Part shown: positions 35,402 through 44,790 of the stretch, in pieces
Layout of the letters: each line of letters starts with the position of its first letter
Numbering within the stretch: position 1 is the stretch's first letter
Source of the DNA: an uncultured Candidatus Saccharibacteria bacterium
GTDB taxonomy: Bacteria > Patescibacteriota > Minisyncoccia > Phycocordibacterales > Zambryskibacteraceae
Assembly: GCA_964608585.1 (NCBI GenBank)
Contig: CAZSOL010000001.1
Coordinates: forward strand, 168,290 to 232,289
Length of the DNA stretch: 64,000 bases
Direction: 5' to 3'
The notes under the pieces: model-generated
Seen by the model: the letters and a program-made list of their open reading frames with translations, nothing else
Database searches by the model: none
What the model was told of the DNA's origin: nothing
Program-made: the position numbers and the translations under genes

Positions 35402-36640
35402 ATGTCAGACCAAAACACACAAGACCGAGATCACAAGAAGTTGGGTAAGGAGCTAGAGCTCTTCACCTTCTCCGACGCTATAGGCAAAGGTCTTCCCCTT
35501 TGGCTTCCTAAAGGGGCCACTGTTCGTCGTGAGCTTGAGCGCTTCATAGTAGATGAGGAGATAAAGCGAGGGTACCTACACGTTCGAACCCCAGATATCG
35601 CCAAACTTGACCTGTACAAGAAGTCTGGGCACTACCCAATGTATAAAGACAAAATGTATGCGCCAATTGTCATAGATGATGAAGAGTTTATGCTCCGACC
35701 AATGACCTGCCCTCACCACTTCGAGCTTTATCTCTCAAAGCCAAGAAGCTACCGAGACCTACCTATGCGTATAGCTGAGCTTGCTCAGCTCTACCGCTAT
35801 GAGCAATCAGGAGAGCTTATGGGGCTATTAAGAGTGAGAGCTTTCTGTCTCTCTGACGCTCATATTATTTGTAAGGATGAGGAGCAAGCGGTGGAAGAAA
35901 TCAGTAAAGCTTTGGACCTAATTGAATACGTAAACAGCGTTTTTAGTCTGGAAATGGGTAAAGATTACTGGTACGTACTTTCAATGGGCGACCGAGGTAA
36001 TACTGAGAAGTATTACAAAGATGATGCAGGTTGGGAGAAGGCGGAAGATCTATTACGCAATGCAATGAAGAAGCGTGGAGTGAAGTTTGAAGAAGTTAAG
36101 GATGATGCCGCCTTTTACGGACCTAAGATTGATGTGAATATGAAGAACGCAAACGGAAAGGAGGATACAGCATTTACTGTTCAGTATGATCTCTCTTCCC
36201 CTCACAGGTTTGATCTCAAATATACTGGAGAAGATGGTAAGGACCACTCAGCCTTTGTGGTACATCGCTCATCTATTGGTGCTGTAGAGCGTATCATGGC
36301 ATTCCTTATTGAGAAGTATGCTGGGGCCTTCCCTCTCTGGCTCTCACCTGTGCAAGTTAAGGTCTTGCCTATCGGTGAAGCGCATTTTGAGTACGCTAAG
36401 AAAGTCTTTGCAGAACTTAAGGAAGCTGGTATCCGCGCAGAACTCGATGAGTCCAATGAGAGCTTGGGCAAGAAGATAAGGAACGCCAAGACGGAAAAGG
36501 TCTTCTACACCCTAGTCATAGGCGACAAGGAGGTCGCAGACAACCAAGTGACTGTGGAAGGTCGCGAGGAAAAACTCGGCACAATGTCAGTCGACGAATT
36601 TATATCAAAAGTTAAGGAGGAAGTTAAACGTCGAGTGTAG
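35402..36640 (+). CDS. thrS: threonine--tRNA ligase, catalytic core plus anticodon-binding domain only (no TGS or editing domains)
   Basis: Begins RDHKKLGKELELFTF, equivalent to the catalytic-domain start of canonical ThrRS. Class II motifs and the C-terminal anticodon-binding domain are present. 412 aa versus ~640 canonical. Confidence 0.85.
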   Translation: MSDQNTQDRDHKKLGKELELFTFSDAIGKGLPLWLPKGATVRRELERFIVDEEIKRGYLHVRTPDIAKLDLYKKSGHYPMYKDKMYAPIVIDDEEFMLRPMTCPHHFELYLSKPRSYRDLPMRIAELAQLYRYEQSGELMGLLRVRAFCLSDAHIICKDEEQAVEEISKALDLIEYVNSVFSLEMGKDYWYVLSMGDRGNTEKYYKDDAGWEKAEDLLRNAMKKRGVKFEEVKDDAAFYGPKIDVNMKNANGKEDTAFTVQYDLSSPHRFDLKYTGEDGKDHSAFVVHRSSIGAVERIMAFLIEKYAGAFPLWLSPVQVKVLPIGEAHFEYAKKVFAELKEAGIRAELDESNESLGKKIRNAKTEKVFYTLVIGDKEVADNQVTVEGREEKLGTMSVDEFISKVKEEVKRRV

Positions 36641-38705
36641 CTTTCTTGGCGTTGGATTGGATGAAGGACTTCCTAGATGGAACGTCGGTGCCCATGAGGA
36701 TATCAAAGACCTTGTCGGCCTCTCGAGCATCCTCTACATTGACCTGCTTTAATATCCTCGCTTTAGGATCCATAGTAGTCTCCCAGAGCTCTTCGGCGTT
36801 CATCTCTCCGAGACCTTTGTAGCGTTGTAGAGATATCTTTGCTGTCTTCTTGCTCTTCACATCTTGCTCATCATCACCTGACTCTTCTTCCTTTATCTCC
36901 GCGTTCTCCTCTATCACGTCTTCTACATTGATGTCCTTGCCGACAATCTTGTTCTTCTCCTCGTCTGTATATGCATAGTGGACCTCCTTACCCTTCTTTA
37001 TCTTATAGAGTGGTGGTTGAGCAATGTAGACGAAGCCTCCATCTATCACAGGTCTGAAGTGTCTGTAGAGCAAAGTAAGAAGGAGTGTGCGGATGTGTGC
37101 ACCATCAACGTCGGCATCTGTGGCAAGGATTATTTTGTGGTAGCGAAGCTTCTCTATATCAAAGGTATCTCCTATTGCAGTACCCAAGGCAACCACAAGG
37201 TTCTTGATCTGCTCACTCGCGAGCATCCTGTCTAAGCGAGCTCTCTCAATGTTCAGGATCTTACCTCTTAGTGGGAGTATTGCTTGAGTCCTCCTGTCGC
37301 GACCCATCTTGGCCGTACCACCGGCAGAGTCTCCCTCTACGATAAATATCTCACTCTCCTCAGCAGACTTACTCTGGCAGTCAGCAAGCTTACCTGGGAG
37401 AGTCATACCCTCTAGAGCTCCCTTACGAAGTACCGAGTCCTTGGCGGCCTTGGCAGCCTTACGGGCCTTAAGAGCAAGGACAACCTTATTTATAATGGCC
37501 TTGGCGTCATCGGGGTTCTCCTCCAAGAAGGCGGAGAAGGCCTCACCAAAGACAGTAGTTACAGAAGCCTGTGCCTCCACGGACCCAAGCTTACCCTTAG
37601 TCTGACCCTCAAACTGTATCTCGCGAAGCTTGACCGAGATAACTGCAGTGAGCCCCTCAAGCACATCCTCTCCAGTGAAGTTGTCTTCACTCTCTTTGAC
37701 CAAGTTGTTCTTCTTCGCATAAGTGTTGAGTGTCCTTGTGAGAGCGGTCTTAAATCCTGTGACATGCGTACCTCCCTCGGCGTTATAGATATTGTTGGCA
37801 AACGGGAGGATACGCGAGGAGATGTCGTCTACGTACTGGAGAGCTATCTCCACCGTCTCATAGTCGTTGCCGTTGGGTGCTTTGTCTACGTAGAAGATAT
37901 TCTTGTGTACTGGCTTCTGGATCTCGTTCTCAAACTTCACTAGTGACATAAGTCCTCCCTCAAAGTAGAAGGCCATAGATGGCACGTCGAGCCCAAGATC
38001 ACGGATGTAGAAGGCGTCCTCTGACTCCACCATTGCCTCCTCTCGAGCGTCTATAACAGTAATACGCAAGCCCTTCACAAGGTAGGCCTGCTGGCGAAGG
38101 TGGTTCACCACTCTTTTGAAGTCAAAGTTGGTATCTGGGAAGATGGTTGGGTCAGGACGGAAGGTGATGATCGTTCCATTATTTTTGGTAGAGCCTACCT
38201 TCTTCACCGCGGCCTTACGCTTACCAGCGTTGTACTCCTGCATGTAGACACTACCGTCCTTGTGTACCTGTGCAATGGTGTGAGTTGAGAGAGCGTTCAC
38301 CACCGAGGCACCCACACCGTGGAGTCCTCCGGAGACCTTGTAACCGTCACCGCCGAACTTTCCTCCTGCGTGGAGAGTGGTCATGATGGTCTCAAGTGCT
38401 GAGACCTTCGTCTGCTTGTGTACATCAATAGGGATACCTCGACCGTTGTCTACCACTCTTATGTAATTACCAGGAAGAAGTGAGACCTCAATATCGTTGG
38501 CAAAGCCTCCCATCGCCTCGTCACGAGAGTTATCAAAGATCTCCCAAATGAGGTGGTGTAAACCGTCAGGGCCGGTTGTACCGATGTACATACCTGGTCT
38601 CTTTCTGACCGGATCGAGCCCCTCAAGAACGGTAATAGATTCGGCAGTGTAGTGATGCCCACTACCTTTTGTTTTAGGGTTATTTTTAGCCTTTTTTTCT
38701 GCCAT
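36624..38705 (-). CDS. gyrB: DNA gyrase subunit B
   Basis: GHKL ATPase N-terminal region, Toprim with the EGDSAGG motif and PLRGKILN. 693 aa, lacking the E. coli insert. The 3' end overlaps thrS by 17 nt, convergently. Confidence 0.88.
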   Translation of the reverse strand: MAEKKAKNNPKTKGSGHHYTAESITVLEGLDPVRKRPGMYIGTTGPDGLHHLIWEIFDNSRDEAMGGFANDIEVSLLPGNYIRVVDNGRGIPIDVHKQTKVSALETIMTTLHAGGKFGGDGYKVSGGLHGVGASVVNALSTHTIAQVHKDGSVYMQEYNAGKRKAAVKKVGSTKNNGTIITFRPDPTIFPDTNFDFKRVVNHLRQQAYLVKGLRITVIDAREEAMVESEDAFYIRDLGLDVPSMAFYFEGGLMSLVKFENEIQKPVHKNIFYVDKAPNGNDYETVEIALQYVDDISSRILPFANNIYNAEGGTHVTGFKTALTRTLNTYAKKNNLVKESEDNFTGEDVLEGLTAVISVKLREIQFEGQTKGKLGSVEAQASVTTVFGEAFSAFLEENPDDAKAIINKVVLALKARKAAKAAKDSVLRKGALEGMTLPGKLADCQSKSAEESEIFIVEGDSAGGTAKMGRDRRTQAILPLRGKILNIERARLDRMLASEQIKNLVVALGTAIGDTFDIEKLRYHKIILATDADVDGAHIRTLLLTLLYRHFRPVIDGGFVYIAQPPLYKIKKGKEVHYAYTDEEKNKIVGKDINVEDVIEENAEIKEEESGDDEQDVKSKKTAKISLQRYKGLGEMNAEELWETTMDPKARILKQVNVEDAREADKVFDILMGTDVPSRKSFIQSNAKKATLDV

Positions 38706-38729
38706 TGGTATACCTAATTATAGCAGATT

Positions 38730-39302
38730 TTATCCTATAAAGATAGCGTATTTACGCCAGTATTTGAGGAATTCCTCTCCTGATATCTCTACCCCTTCTT
38801 TTGGACTAATGTTGCTTGGATCGTGTATAAGGAAACCATTATCACTATGCCCCACAACCACAACCATATGTGAGTCAGAGACAGAACCAAATCCAGGTAA
38901 GAAAGATACAATTACTGGGACATTATTATCTAGAGACTTTTTTATTCTCTTTAAGCCCTCATCTCTTAAAGCATCACTCCAAATACTTGGAGTAGTCTCC
39001 CCTGTTTCAATATTTATAGTATCACTCCTAAATTCTTCCTTATATGCTGGCACACCATGGTTATGAGCGAGCCACACAAGAGCATCGTGCTTCCAACCAT
39101 TTTGAGGATTATACAAGCCACCACTCATCGCTAAGGCCTCTGTAAGCAGATCTGAGGCACTAGGCATGTCTACAGAATTATTTTTTCCATAAAAATCTAA
39201 GCACATCTTCAAACAAACAATCGCACAAGATCTCTCTCGCCAATCTTCTGGAACCGATGAATCACTTTGGGGAACAAATTTTACTAAAAGCTTTTTATTC
39301 AT
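38730..39302 (-). CDS. peptidase C39-like cysteine peptidase domain protein
   Basis: ERSCAIVCLKMCLDFYG resembles the C39 catalytic-Cys block, HMVVVVGH the His block and IHDP the Asp block. Confidence 0.5.
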   Translation of the reverse strand: MNKKLLVKFVPQSDSSVPEDWRERSCAIVCLKMCLDFYGKNNSVDMPSASDLLTEALAMSGGLYNPQNGWKHDALVWLAHNHGVPAYKEEFRSDTINIETGETTPSIWSDALRDEGLKRIKKSLDNNVPVIVSFLPGFGSVSDSHMVVVVGHSDNGFLIHDPSNISPKEGVEISGEEFLKYWRKYAIFIG

Positions 39303-39876
39303 GTTTAATCCAATTTATTAGACTTTCAGCACTGCGTAAATCCGGCCGGTCTTCTGGCACCTCAATAACATATCTCTCGTCTTCATTGAGGATAAAACGC
39401 TTATAACCCATAAACCCGGTTGGATAATATTTAGAATCAACAATCTTCTCTCTAACAACCTTACCGTAGCCCATACTTACACCACCGGCATGTATCATCT
39501 CTCCGTTGCCAATATACAAACCATTATGACCCATCTTATCTTCCGAGATATCTGTACGGTTACTCTTGAAGAAGACTATATCGCCCGGCTTAGCATCTAC
39601 TTCAGAGACAATCTCACCAGAACGATACTGGTCATCACAAATTCTTGGTATAGCTATACCAGCCTCCACGTGTAAATAAGCCGTAAGAGAAGAGCAGTCA
39701 AAAGAATTAGGACTATCACGCAAAACACTTGAACCAAACTTATACGGCACACCAATCAAGCTTTCAGCCAAGGAAACAACTCTTTCTCTGGGCTTCACTT
39801 TTCTCCAACTCAAACCACGACTATTCAGTTCTTCCTCGCTTACATCATTAACTGATAGGCCGACTCTGTAGATCAT
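39295..39876 (-). CDS. NlpC/P60 family cell-wall peptidase
   Basis: Catalytic Cys in FDCSSL and His in GHNGLYIGNGEMIHA. Overlaps the C39-like gene by 8 nt. Confidence 0.75.
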   Translation of the reverse strand: MIYRVGLSVNDVSEEELNSRGLSWRKVKPRERVVSLAESLIGVPYKFGSSVLRDSPNSFDCSSLTAYLHVEAGIAIPRICDDQYRSGEIVSEVDAKPGDIVFFKSNRTDISEDKMGHNGLYIGNGEMIHAGGVSMGYGKVVREKIVDSKYYPTGFMGYKRFILNEDERYVIEVPEDRPDLRSAESLINWIKHE

Positions 39877-41024
39877 GAGACTCTTATGGTTCCTTGGTAA
39901 TCCTTAACTGTCATCTCCTCAACCTTTTTGTGGAGCTCGTTCACCTCCTCGTTTGTCAAAGTCTTGTTTAAGTCTCTGTAGGTAATCCTCCAAGTGTAGC
40001 TCATCTTACCCTCACCGAACTTTTGCGCATTCTCGTACTTATCTATTAACGCCACCTCCTCCACGTTCTCCCCACCGATGTCGCGGATAGCATCAAAGTA
40101 GTCGTTCAACACGAAGCTCTCTTTATCCACGACGAAGGAGATGTCGCGTACCACAGGTGGAAACTTACTAACCTCCTTATACTTGTTGCCAAGGACAAGT
40201 TGCTTCTTCACCCTCTCATCCTCTGACCAAAGGAGTCTAATGTCTGGGAGCTCCATAGAGACGATAGCCAACCTCTCAAGCCCAAAGCCAAAGGCCCAAC
40301 CCGTCCACTTGGTACTATCAATTCCAAACTTCTCCAAAACACTTCCCTTCACCACCCCACTGCCTAATATCTCAACCCACTTACCATCCTTGTCTACTTC
40401 CATCTCAAGAGATGGATGAGTGTATGGGAAGGTATCTGGATTAAAGCGGGTAACGACATTCTCACCGAAGACCGCCTTAGCAATAGCAGACAGAACATTC
40501 TTTAGCTCTTCCTCCCCAATAGTCTCCTTTTCTTTTGGAGCTAAGTACCAACCATCAAGTTGATGGAAGACGTTCATATGGTTCCTGTCTATCTCGTCCT
40601 TCCTATATACCTTGCCATGAGAGAAGCACCCAACCGCTTCGCCTCTTGCCATCCTCTCCTTCACATCCTTCTCTTGCAGATAGTAATACCACATCACCGT
40701 GGTATGCGTACGCAAAATATTTTTGTCATCTACATAGTAAGTATCAGACTTACTCCTTGCTGGATGGTCAGCCGGGAAGTCGAAGAGATCAAAGCTGACA
40801 TCGGCTGGCACTATCTCAGGTGTCTCTATGACATCAAAATTTTTGAAATCATCTTGAGCAAGTATTCTCTTGACCATCTCACTCAATGGACTTCCATCAG
40901 TTCTTGATAGATCCTTCATAGCGAGATACCTCTTAATCCTGAACGCCTCAGAGTCTGTTCTGGACTCAAGGTATTTTAGTAACTTTTCCTGCTCATCTAG
41001 AGCTACTTTATAGGTTTTTTGCAT
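39873..41024 (-). CDS. pheS: phenylalanine--tRNA ligase alpha-type catalytic domain fused to a C-terminal FDX-ACB anticodon-binding domain (single-chain, mitochondrial-type architecture)
   Basis: FDFPADHPARSKSDTYY (motif 2 region) and GFGLERLAIV (motif 3). The C-terminal ~95 aa (ISFVVDKE...GEGKMSYTWRITYRDLNKTLTNEEVNEL) match the FDX-ACB domain normally found at the PheT C-terminus. No long N-terminal coiled coil. Confidence 0.75.
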   Translation of the reverse strand: MQKTYKVALDEQEKLLKYLESRTDSEAFRIKRYLAMKDLSRTDGSPLSEMVKRILAQDDFKNFDVIETPEIVPADVSFDLFDFPADHPARSKSDTYYVDDKNILRTHTTVMWYYYLQEKDVKERMARGEAVGCFSHGKVYRKDEIDRNHMNVFHQLDGWYLAPKEKETIGEEELKNVLSAIAKAVFGENVVTRFNPDTFPYTHPSLEMEVDKDGKWVEILGSGVVKGSVLEKFGIDSTKWTGWAFGFGLERLAIVSMELPDIRLLWSEDERVKKQLVLGNKYKEVSKFPPVVRDISFVVDKESFVLNDYFDAIRDIGGENVEEVALIDKYENAQKFGEGKMSYTWRITYRDLNKTLTNEEVNELHKKVEEMTVKDYQGTIRVS

Positions 41025-41089
41025 AAGTCTTTTGTGGCTTTTTGGCCTTTGGCATAAGCCGTATTATACGATATAATGCGAATGTTTCC

Positions 41090-42340
41090 ATGACTATCTA
41101 CGACATCATTATGTATGTCTGGCTCTTCGTCTCGCTCTTCTTCGAGGTCTTTTTGCTTATAACCTACTTTGAGATAAGAGAGGAGCTAAAGAGAGAGAGG
41201 GCTCTCTTAGACTCCGGTCCAAAGAGTTTCCCCTCGGTAACAGTTATCGTCCCTTGCTACAACGAAGAGAGCACTGTGATAAAAACAGTAGAGTCCCTCC
41301 TGTCTCTTGATTACCCCAAAGACAAGTTGCAGATACTTATTGTTAACGATGGGTCTACAGACAACACCTTAGACATCGTCTTAAGTCGGTTTAAGAACCA
41401 CGAGCAAATAAAGATCCACCATAAGGAAAACGGTGGCAAGCACTCTGCTCTCAACTTCGCCATAAGTCATGCAGAGACCGAGCTTATAAGCTGTCTAGAT
41501 GCAGATTCCTTTGTGGAGAAGGAGACTCTAAAGAGGATGATCCCCTTCTTTGAAAACAGAGAGACGATGGCCGTCATCCCTTCGGTAAAGATATGGGAGC
41601 CTAAGAGCATACTCCAACATATACAGAAGGTTGAGTATAGCTGGGGGATCTTCCTAAGACGCCTACTCTCCTCTCTCAATGCCCTTTATGTGACCCCAGG
41701 GCCCTTCTCAATCTTTAGGACCAAGGTCTTCAAAGAGCTTGGTGGTTACAAACACGCCCACCATACCGAAGATATGGAGATGGCAATGAGGATGCAGAAA
41801 AATGGATACAAGATTGTTAATTCTCACAGCGCCTTCGTCTACACTGTTGGTCCAGAAAAGCTCAAAGGCTTGTATAAACAAAGAGTCAGATGGACGTACG
41901 GTTTCCTCAATAACGTCATAGACTACAAAGATATGTTCTTCAACAAGAAGTTTGGCAACATTGGCCTACTGATCTTACCTGTAGCTACAGTCTCTGTCTT
42001 TGCCATTATCTATATGTCTATCATGGGAGTGTTAGAAGTGTTCAACAGGATTGGAGAAGAATATCTAAGGTACGAGGCTGTCGGCTTCACATACTCACTT
42101 CCAAGTTTTGGCTCTATAAACTGGTTTACCATAAACCTTGGAGCACTCTTCTTCATCTCTCTGACGATCCTCTCTCTAACCATGTTCATAATCTATCTAT
42201 CACTCAGGCTCTCTGATGGTAAGTTCAAGTTTACTCGCGGGATCCTCTACTACTTCCTCGTTTATATCTTTATTGTCCCTCTCTGGCTTACCAAGGCCAC
42301 TTATAGTACTATCTCGAGGCAAAGCATTACTTGGAGATGA
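41090..42340 (+). CDS. family 2 glycosyltransferase, processive (cellulose/chitin/PNAG-synthase-like)
   Basis: DGSTDNT, DAD and QRVRWTYG (QxxRW) motifs, with TM helices at both ends. Start chosen at ATG 41090; the track ORF starts at a TTG. Confidence 0.75.
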   Translation: MTIYDIIMYVWLFVSLFFEVFLLITYFEIREELKRERALLDSGPKSFPSVTVIVPCYNEESTVIKTVESLLSLDYPKDKLQILIVNDGSTDNTLDIVLSRFKNHEQIKIHHKENGGKHSALNFAISHAETELISCLDADSFVEKETLKRMIPFFENRETMAVIPSVKIWEPKSILQHIQKVEYSWGIFLRRLLSSLNALYVTPGPFSIFRTKVFKELGGYKHAHHTEDMEMAMRMQKNGYKIVNSHSAFVYTVGPEKLKGLYKQRVRWTYGFLNNVIDYKDMFFNKKFGNIGLLILPVATVSVFAIIYMSIMGVLEVFNRIGEEYLRYEAVGFTYSLPSFGSINWFTINLGALFFISLTILSLTMFIIYLSLRLSDGKFKFTRGILYYFLVYIFIVPLWLTKATYSTISRQSITWR

Positions 42341-43032
42341 TAGACAACAAGAAATACCTATTTGCCTTCCTAATAACTGCCTTTATCTTTGGGACAGCGG
42401 TCTTTATATCTAACTCTATATCAAACAAGAGGCTCCAAGCCATCAAAGACATCCAAGACCAGCTATCCTTAGACATCTTGGCCTCAGAGACTCAGTCGGC
42501 ATTACTTGAAGAGACTTCTTGCAAACAGCTAAATGGTAACGTACCAGTATCCAAAGCTCTTGCTGAGATAGCCGAGAGACTTGAGGCTGCAGAAGAGCAA
42601 AGAGGAGGAGGTGACGAAGACTTACAAGCTCTAAAGAAGCAGTACTTCTTACTTGAGATACAAGACTACTTGTTTATGAAAAGGGTGGCGGAGAAGTGTG
42701 GTATATACAGCACCTTCATACTCTACTTCTACTCAAGCGAGGAGGAGTGTAGAGACTGTACAAAAATGGGTTACGTCCTAACCTCACTTAGAGAGATCTA
42801 TCCAGATCTTCGTATATACTCCTTTGACTACAACATGGACTTAGAAGCTTTACATACTCTAAGATCCATATATAACCTAGAGGAGACCCTGCCAGCCCTT
42901 GTGATAAATGGTGACCCATACTACGGCTTCAGGTCTATGGAGGAGCTTGTAGAGTCCGTCCCTGCCCTCTCCCGCCTAACAAAGAAGGAGGACACCCCCT
43001 CTTCCACTTCAACCAATTCTCAAGTAAGATAG
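42337..43032 (+). CDS. membrane-anchored protein with CxxC motif (possible thioredoxin-like fold)
   Basis: ATGA overlap with the GT2 stop, an N-terminal TM helix, and EECRDCTKMGY. Function unknown. Confidence 0.45.
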   Translation: MIDNKKYLFAFLITAFIFGTAVFISNSISNKRLQAIKDIQDQLSLDILASETQSALLEETSCKQLNGNVPVSKALAEIAERLEAAEEQRGGGDEDLQALKKQYFLLEIQDYLFMKRVAEKCGIYSTFILYFYSSEEECRDCTKMGYVLTSLREIYPDLRIYSFDYNMDLEALHTLRSIYNLEETLPALVINGDPYYGFRSMEELVESVPALSRLTKKEDTPSSTSTNSQVR

Positions 43033-43039
43033 GTTTCGC

Positions 43040-43115
43040 GCCACCTTAGCTCAGTTGGTAGAGCAACGCTTTTGTAAAGCGAAGGTCCTCGGTTCAAGTC
43101 CGAGAGGTGGCTCCA
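43040..43115 (+). tRNA. tRNA-Thr (anticodon TGT), CCA encoded
   Basis: Acceptor GCCACCT/AGGTGGC, D-arm GCTC-AGTTGGTA-GAGC, anticodon loop TTTGTAA, T-arm CTCGG-TTCAAGT-CCGAG, discriminator T followed by CCA. Confidence 0.85.
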
Positions 43116-43116
43116 A

Positions 43117-43524
43117 TTATTTAGAATCCTGATTCTCCTCTAGGACTTCGTCTATCCTTCCTTCCCCCTGTTTTTCCGAAATGTTTTTAAAGTATTCGGA
43201 GAGACCGTCTTTCTTCTTCAGGAACTTTGACCCTCTGATGTCCCCCACATGTCTTTGGAGTCGCTCCTTAAGCAAGGCAGTAACTTTGTTTAAAAGATTC
43301 TTACTCCTCAGTGGAAGCTGGTTTGTTAAGTAGATATGCCCTCTTTCCTTCCACTCAGAGTACTTGTGGGCAAAGTCTAGAGTAGCGTTCCTCACTCTTT
43401 CATCACCCAAAGACACTAGCTTTAGAAATAGGGGCTTCCTCTTCTTACTATCCTCAATCATCTTGGCACCAACAAGAGCTACGATGATCAACCCAGATAT
43501 TACAAAAGTAATAGGTAGAAACAT
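43117..43524 (-). CDS. hypothetical membrane protein (135 aa)
   Basis: One N-terminal TM helix and a basic cytoplasmic domain; no recognisable domain. Confidence 0.4.
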   Translation of the reverse strand: MFLPITFVISGLIIVALVGAKMIEDSKKRKPLFLKLVSLGDERVRNATLDFAHKYSEWKERGHIYLTNQLPLRSKNLLNKVTALLKERLQRHVGDIRGSKFLKKKDGLSEYFKNISEKQGEGRIDEVLEENQDSK

Positions 43525-43547
43525 TTTATTTATATCGTTTCAACAAG

Positions 43548-44009
43548 TTATTCCGAAACAGAGAAGCGAGTGAAGCGTCTAACCTCTGTACGCTCACCAA
43601 ACTTCTGTATCGCACCATTAATCATATCCTTAATAGTCTTATCTGGCGACTTGATAAATGGTTGCTCTAAGAGCTCCACAACGTCAGCTGGGTTCATGGC
43701 AGCGACATGCATAGCGATATCGTAAGCTAAAGCCTTAAACTCCTCGTTCTTAGCCACGAAGTCTGTCTCACAAGATAGCTCAAGTAATACCCCAGAAATT
43801 CCTCCATTATGGATATAAGACGTCACAATACCGGCACCGAGAGCTCTGTCGCCCTTCTTGGCCGCTATCTCAACACTTCTATTCTTAAGAAATTCCAAAG
43901 CCTTAACCCTGTCTCCTCCCGACTCAGAGAGAGCGTTCCTCACCTCAGCAATAGATAGACCTGTCTCGTCACGAAGCGCTTTAATATCAGCAGTTGTTAT
44001 CTCTGTCAT
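43548..44009 (-). CDS. tsf: elongation factor Ts (short form)
   Basis: N-terminal UBA-like LRDETGLSIAEVRNAL and C-terminal ...GERTEVRRFTRFSV; 153 aa. Confidence 0.75.
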   Translation of the reverse strand: MTEITTADIKALRDETGLSIAEVRNALSESGGDRVKALEFLKNRSVEIAAKKGDRALGAGIVTSYIHNGGISGVLLELSCETDFVAKNEEFKALAYDIAMHVAAMNPADVVELLEQPFIKSPDKTIKDMINGAIQKFGERTEVRRFTRFSVSE

Positions 44010-44037
44010 TGTTATAGAACTAAATTATTTATTTAAA

Positions 44038-44748
44038 TTACTCCTTCTTCGCACCAACCCCTGCCTTGTATGCCTCAACAATCTTAGAAATTATAAGAGC
44101 AATAGAAGCTCTGGAAGAATCGTTGGCAGGTATCGCATAGTCCACGTCATACAAGTTTGTGTCAGAACCAGCTATGGCCACTACTGGGATCCTCATCCTC
44201 TTGGCCTCAGCCACGGCAATATGCTCCTTCTTAGGATCTACTACTACCAAAAGCTTTGGTAGTCCCTTCATGTTAGCAAGACCACCAAAGTAGACGGTGA
44301 GCTTGTCTATCTCTCTATCAATGAGAAGGCGCTCCTTCTTTGTGTAGTGACCAAGCTCACCCTTCTCCTTCTGGAGAGTGAGGTTGGCTAACTTGTCTAT
44401 CCTTCTCTTGATCTCTGTCCAGTTGGTAAGAGTACCACCAATCCAACGTCCAAATACGTATGGCTGTGAGAGTTCAGTGCCTGCCTTAACAATTGCCTCT
44501 CTCGCCTCTGACTTGCCTCCAACGAAGAGTACGGATGCCCCCTCCTTACCCTTATCCTCTACAAACTTAAGAGCTTTAAGTAGTTCTTCAGAAGTCTTCT
44601 CAAGATCAAATATCTCAAGCTTGTTCTTGGAACCGAAGATGAAAGGCTTAGCAGATGGGTGTCTCCTTGCCTTTACAAAGCCGAAATGAGCCCCTGCTTC
44701 GAAGAGCTCATCTATCAAATTTCCTCCGTTTTGTGTCTTAGTTGTCAT
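44038..44748 (-). CDS. rpsB: 30S ribosomal protein uS2
   Basis: LFEAGAHFGF, VLFVGGK and GGTLTNW motifs. Confidence 0.9.
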   Translation of the reverse strand: MTTKTQNGGNLIDELFEAGAHFGFVKARRHPSAKPFIFGSKNKLEIFDLEKTSEELLKALKFVEDKGKEGASVLFVGGKSEAREAIVKAGTELSQPYVFGRWIGGTLTNWTEIKRRIDKLANLTLQKEKGELGHYTKKERLLIDREIDKLTVYFGGLANMKGLPKLLVVVDPKKEHIAVAEAKRMRIPVVAIAGSDTNLYDVDYAIPANDSSRASIALIISKIVEAYKAGVGAKKE

Positions 44749-44790
44749 TTATTAGTGCGTTCAATACTCTATCAGAGTCTTATAGCATTT

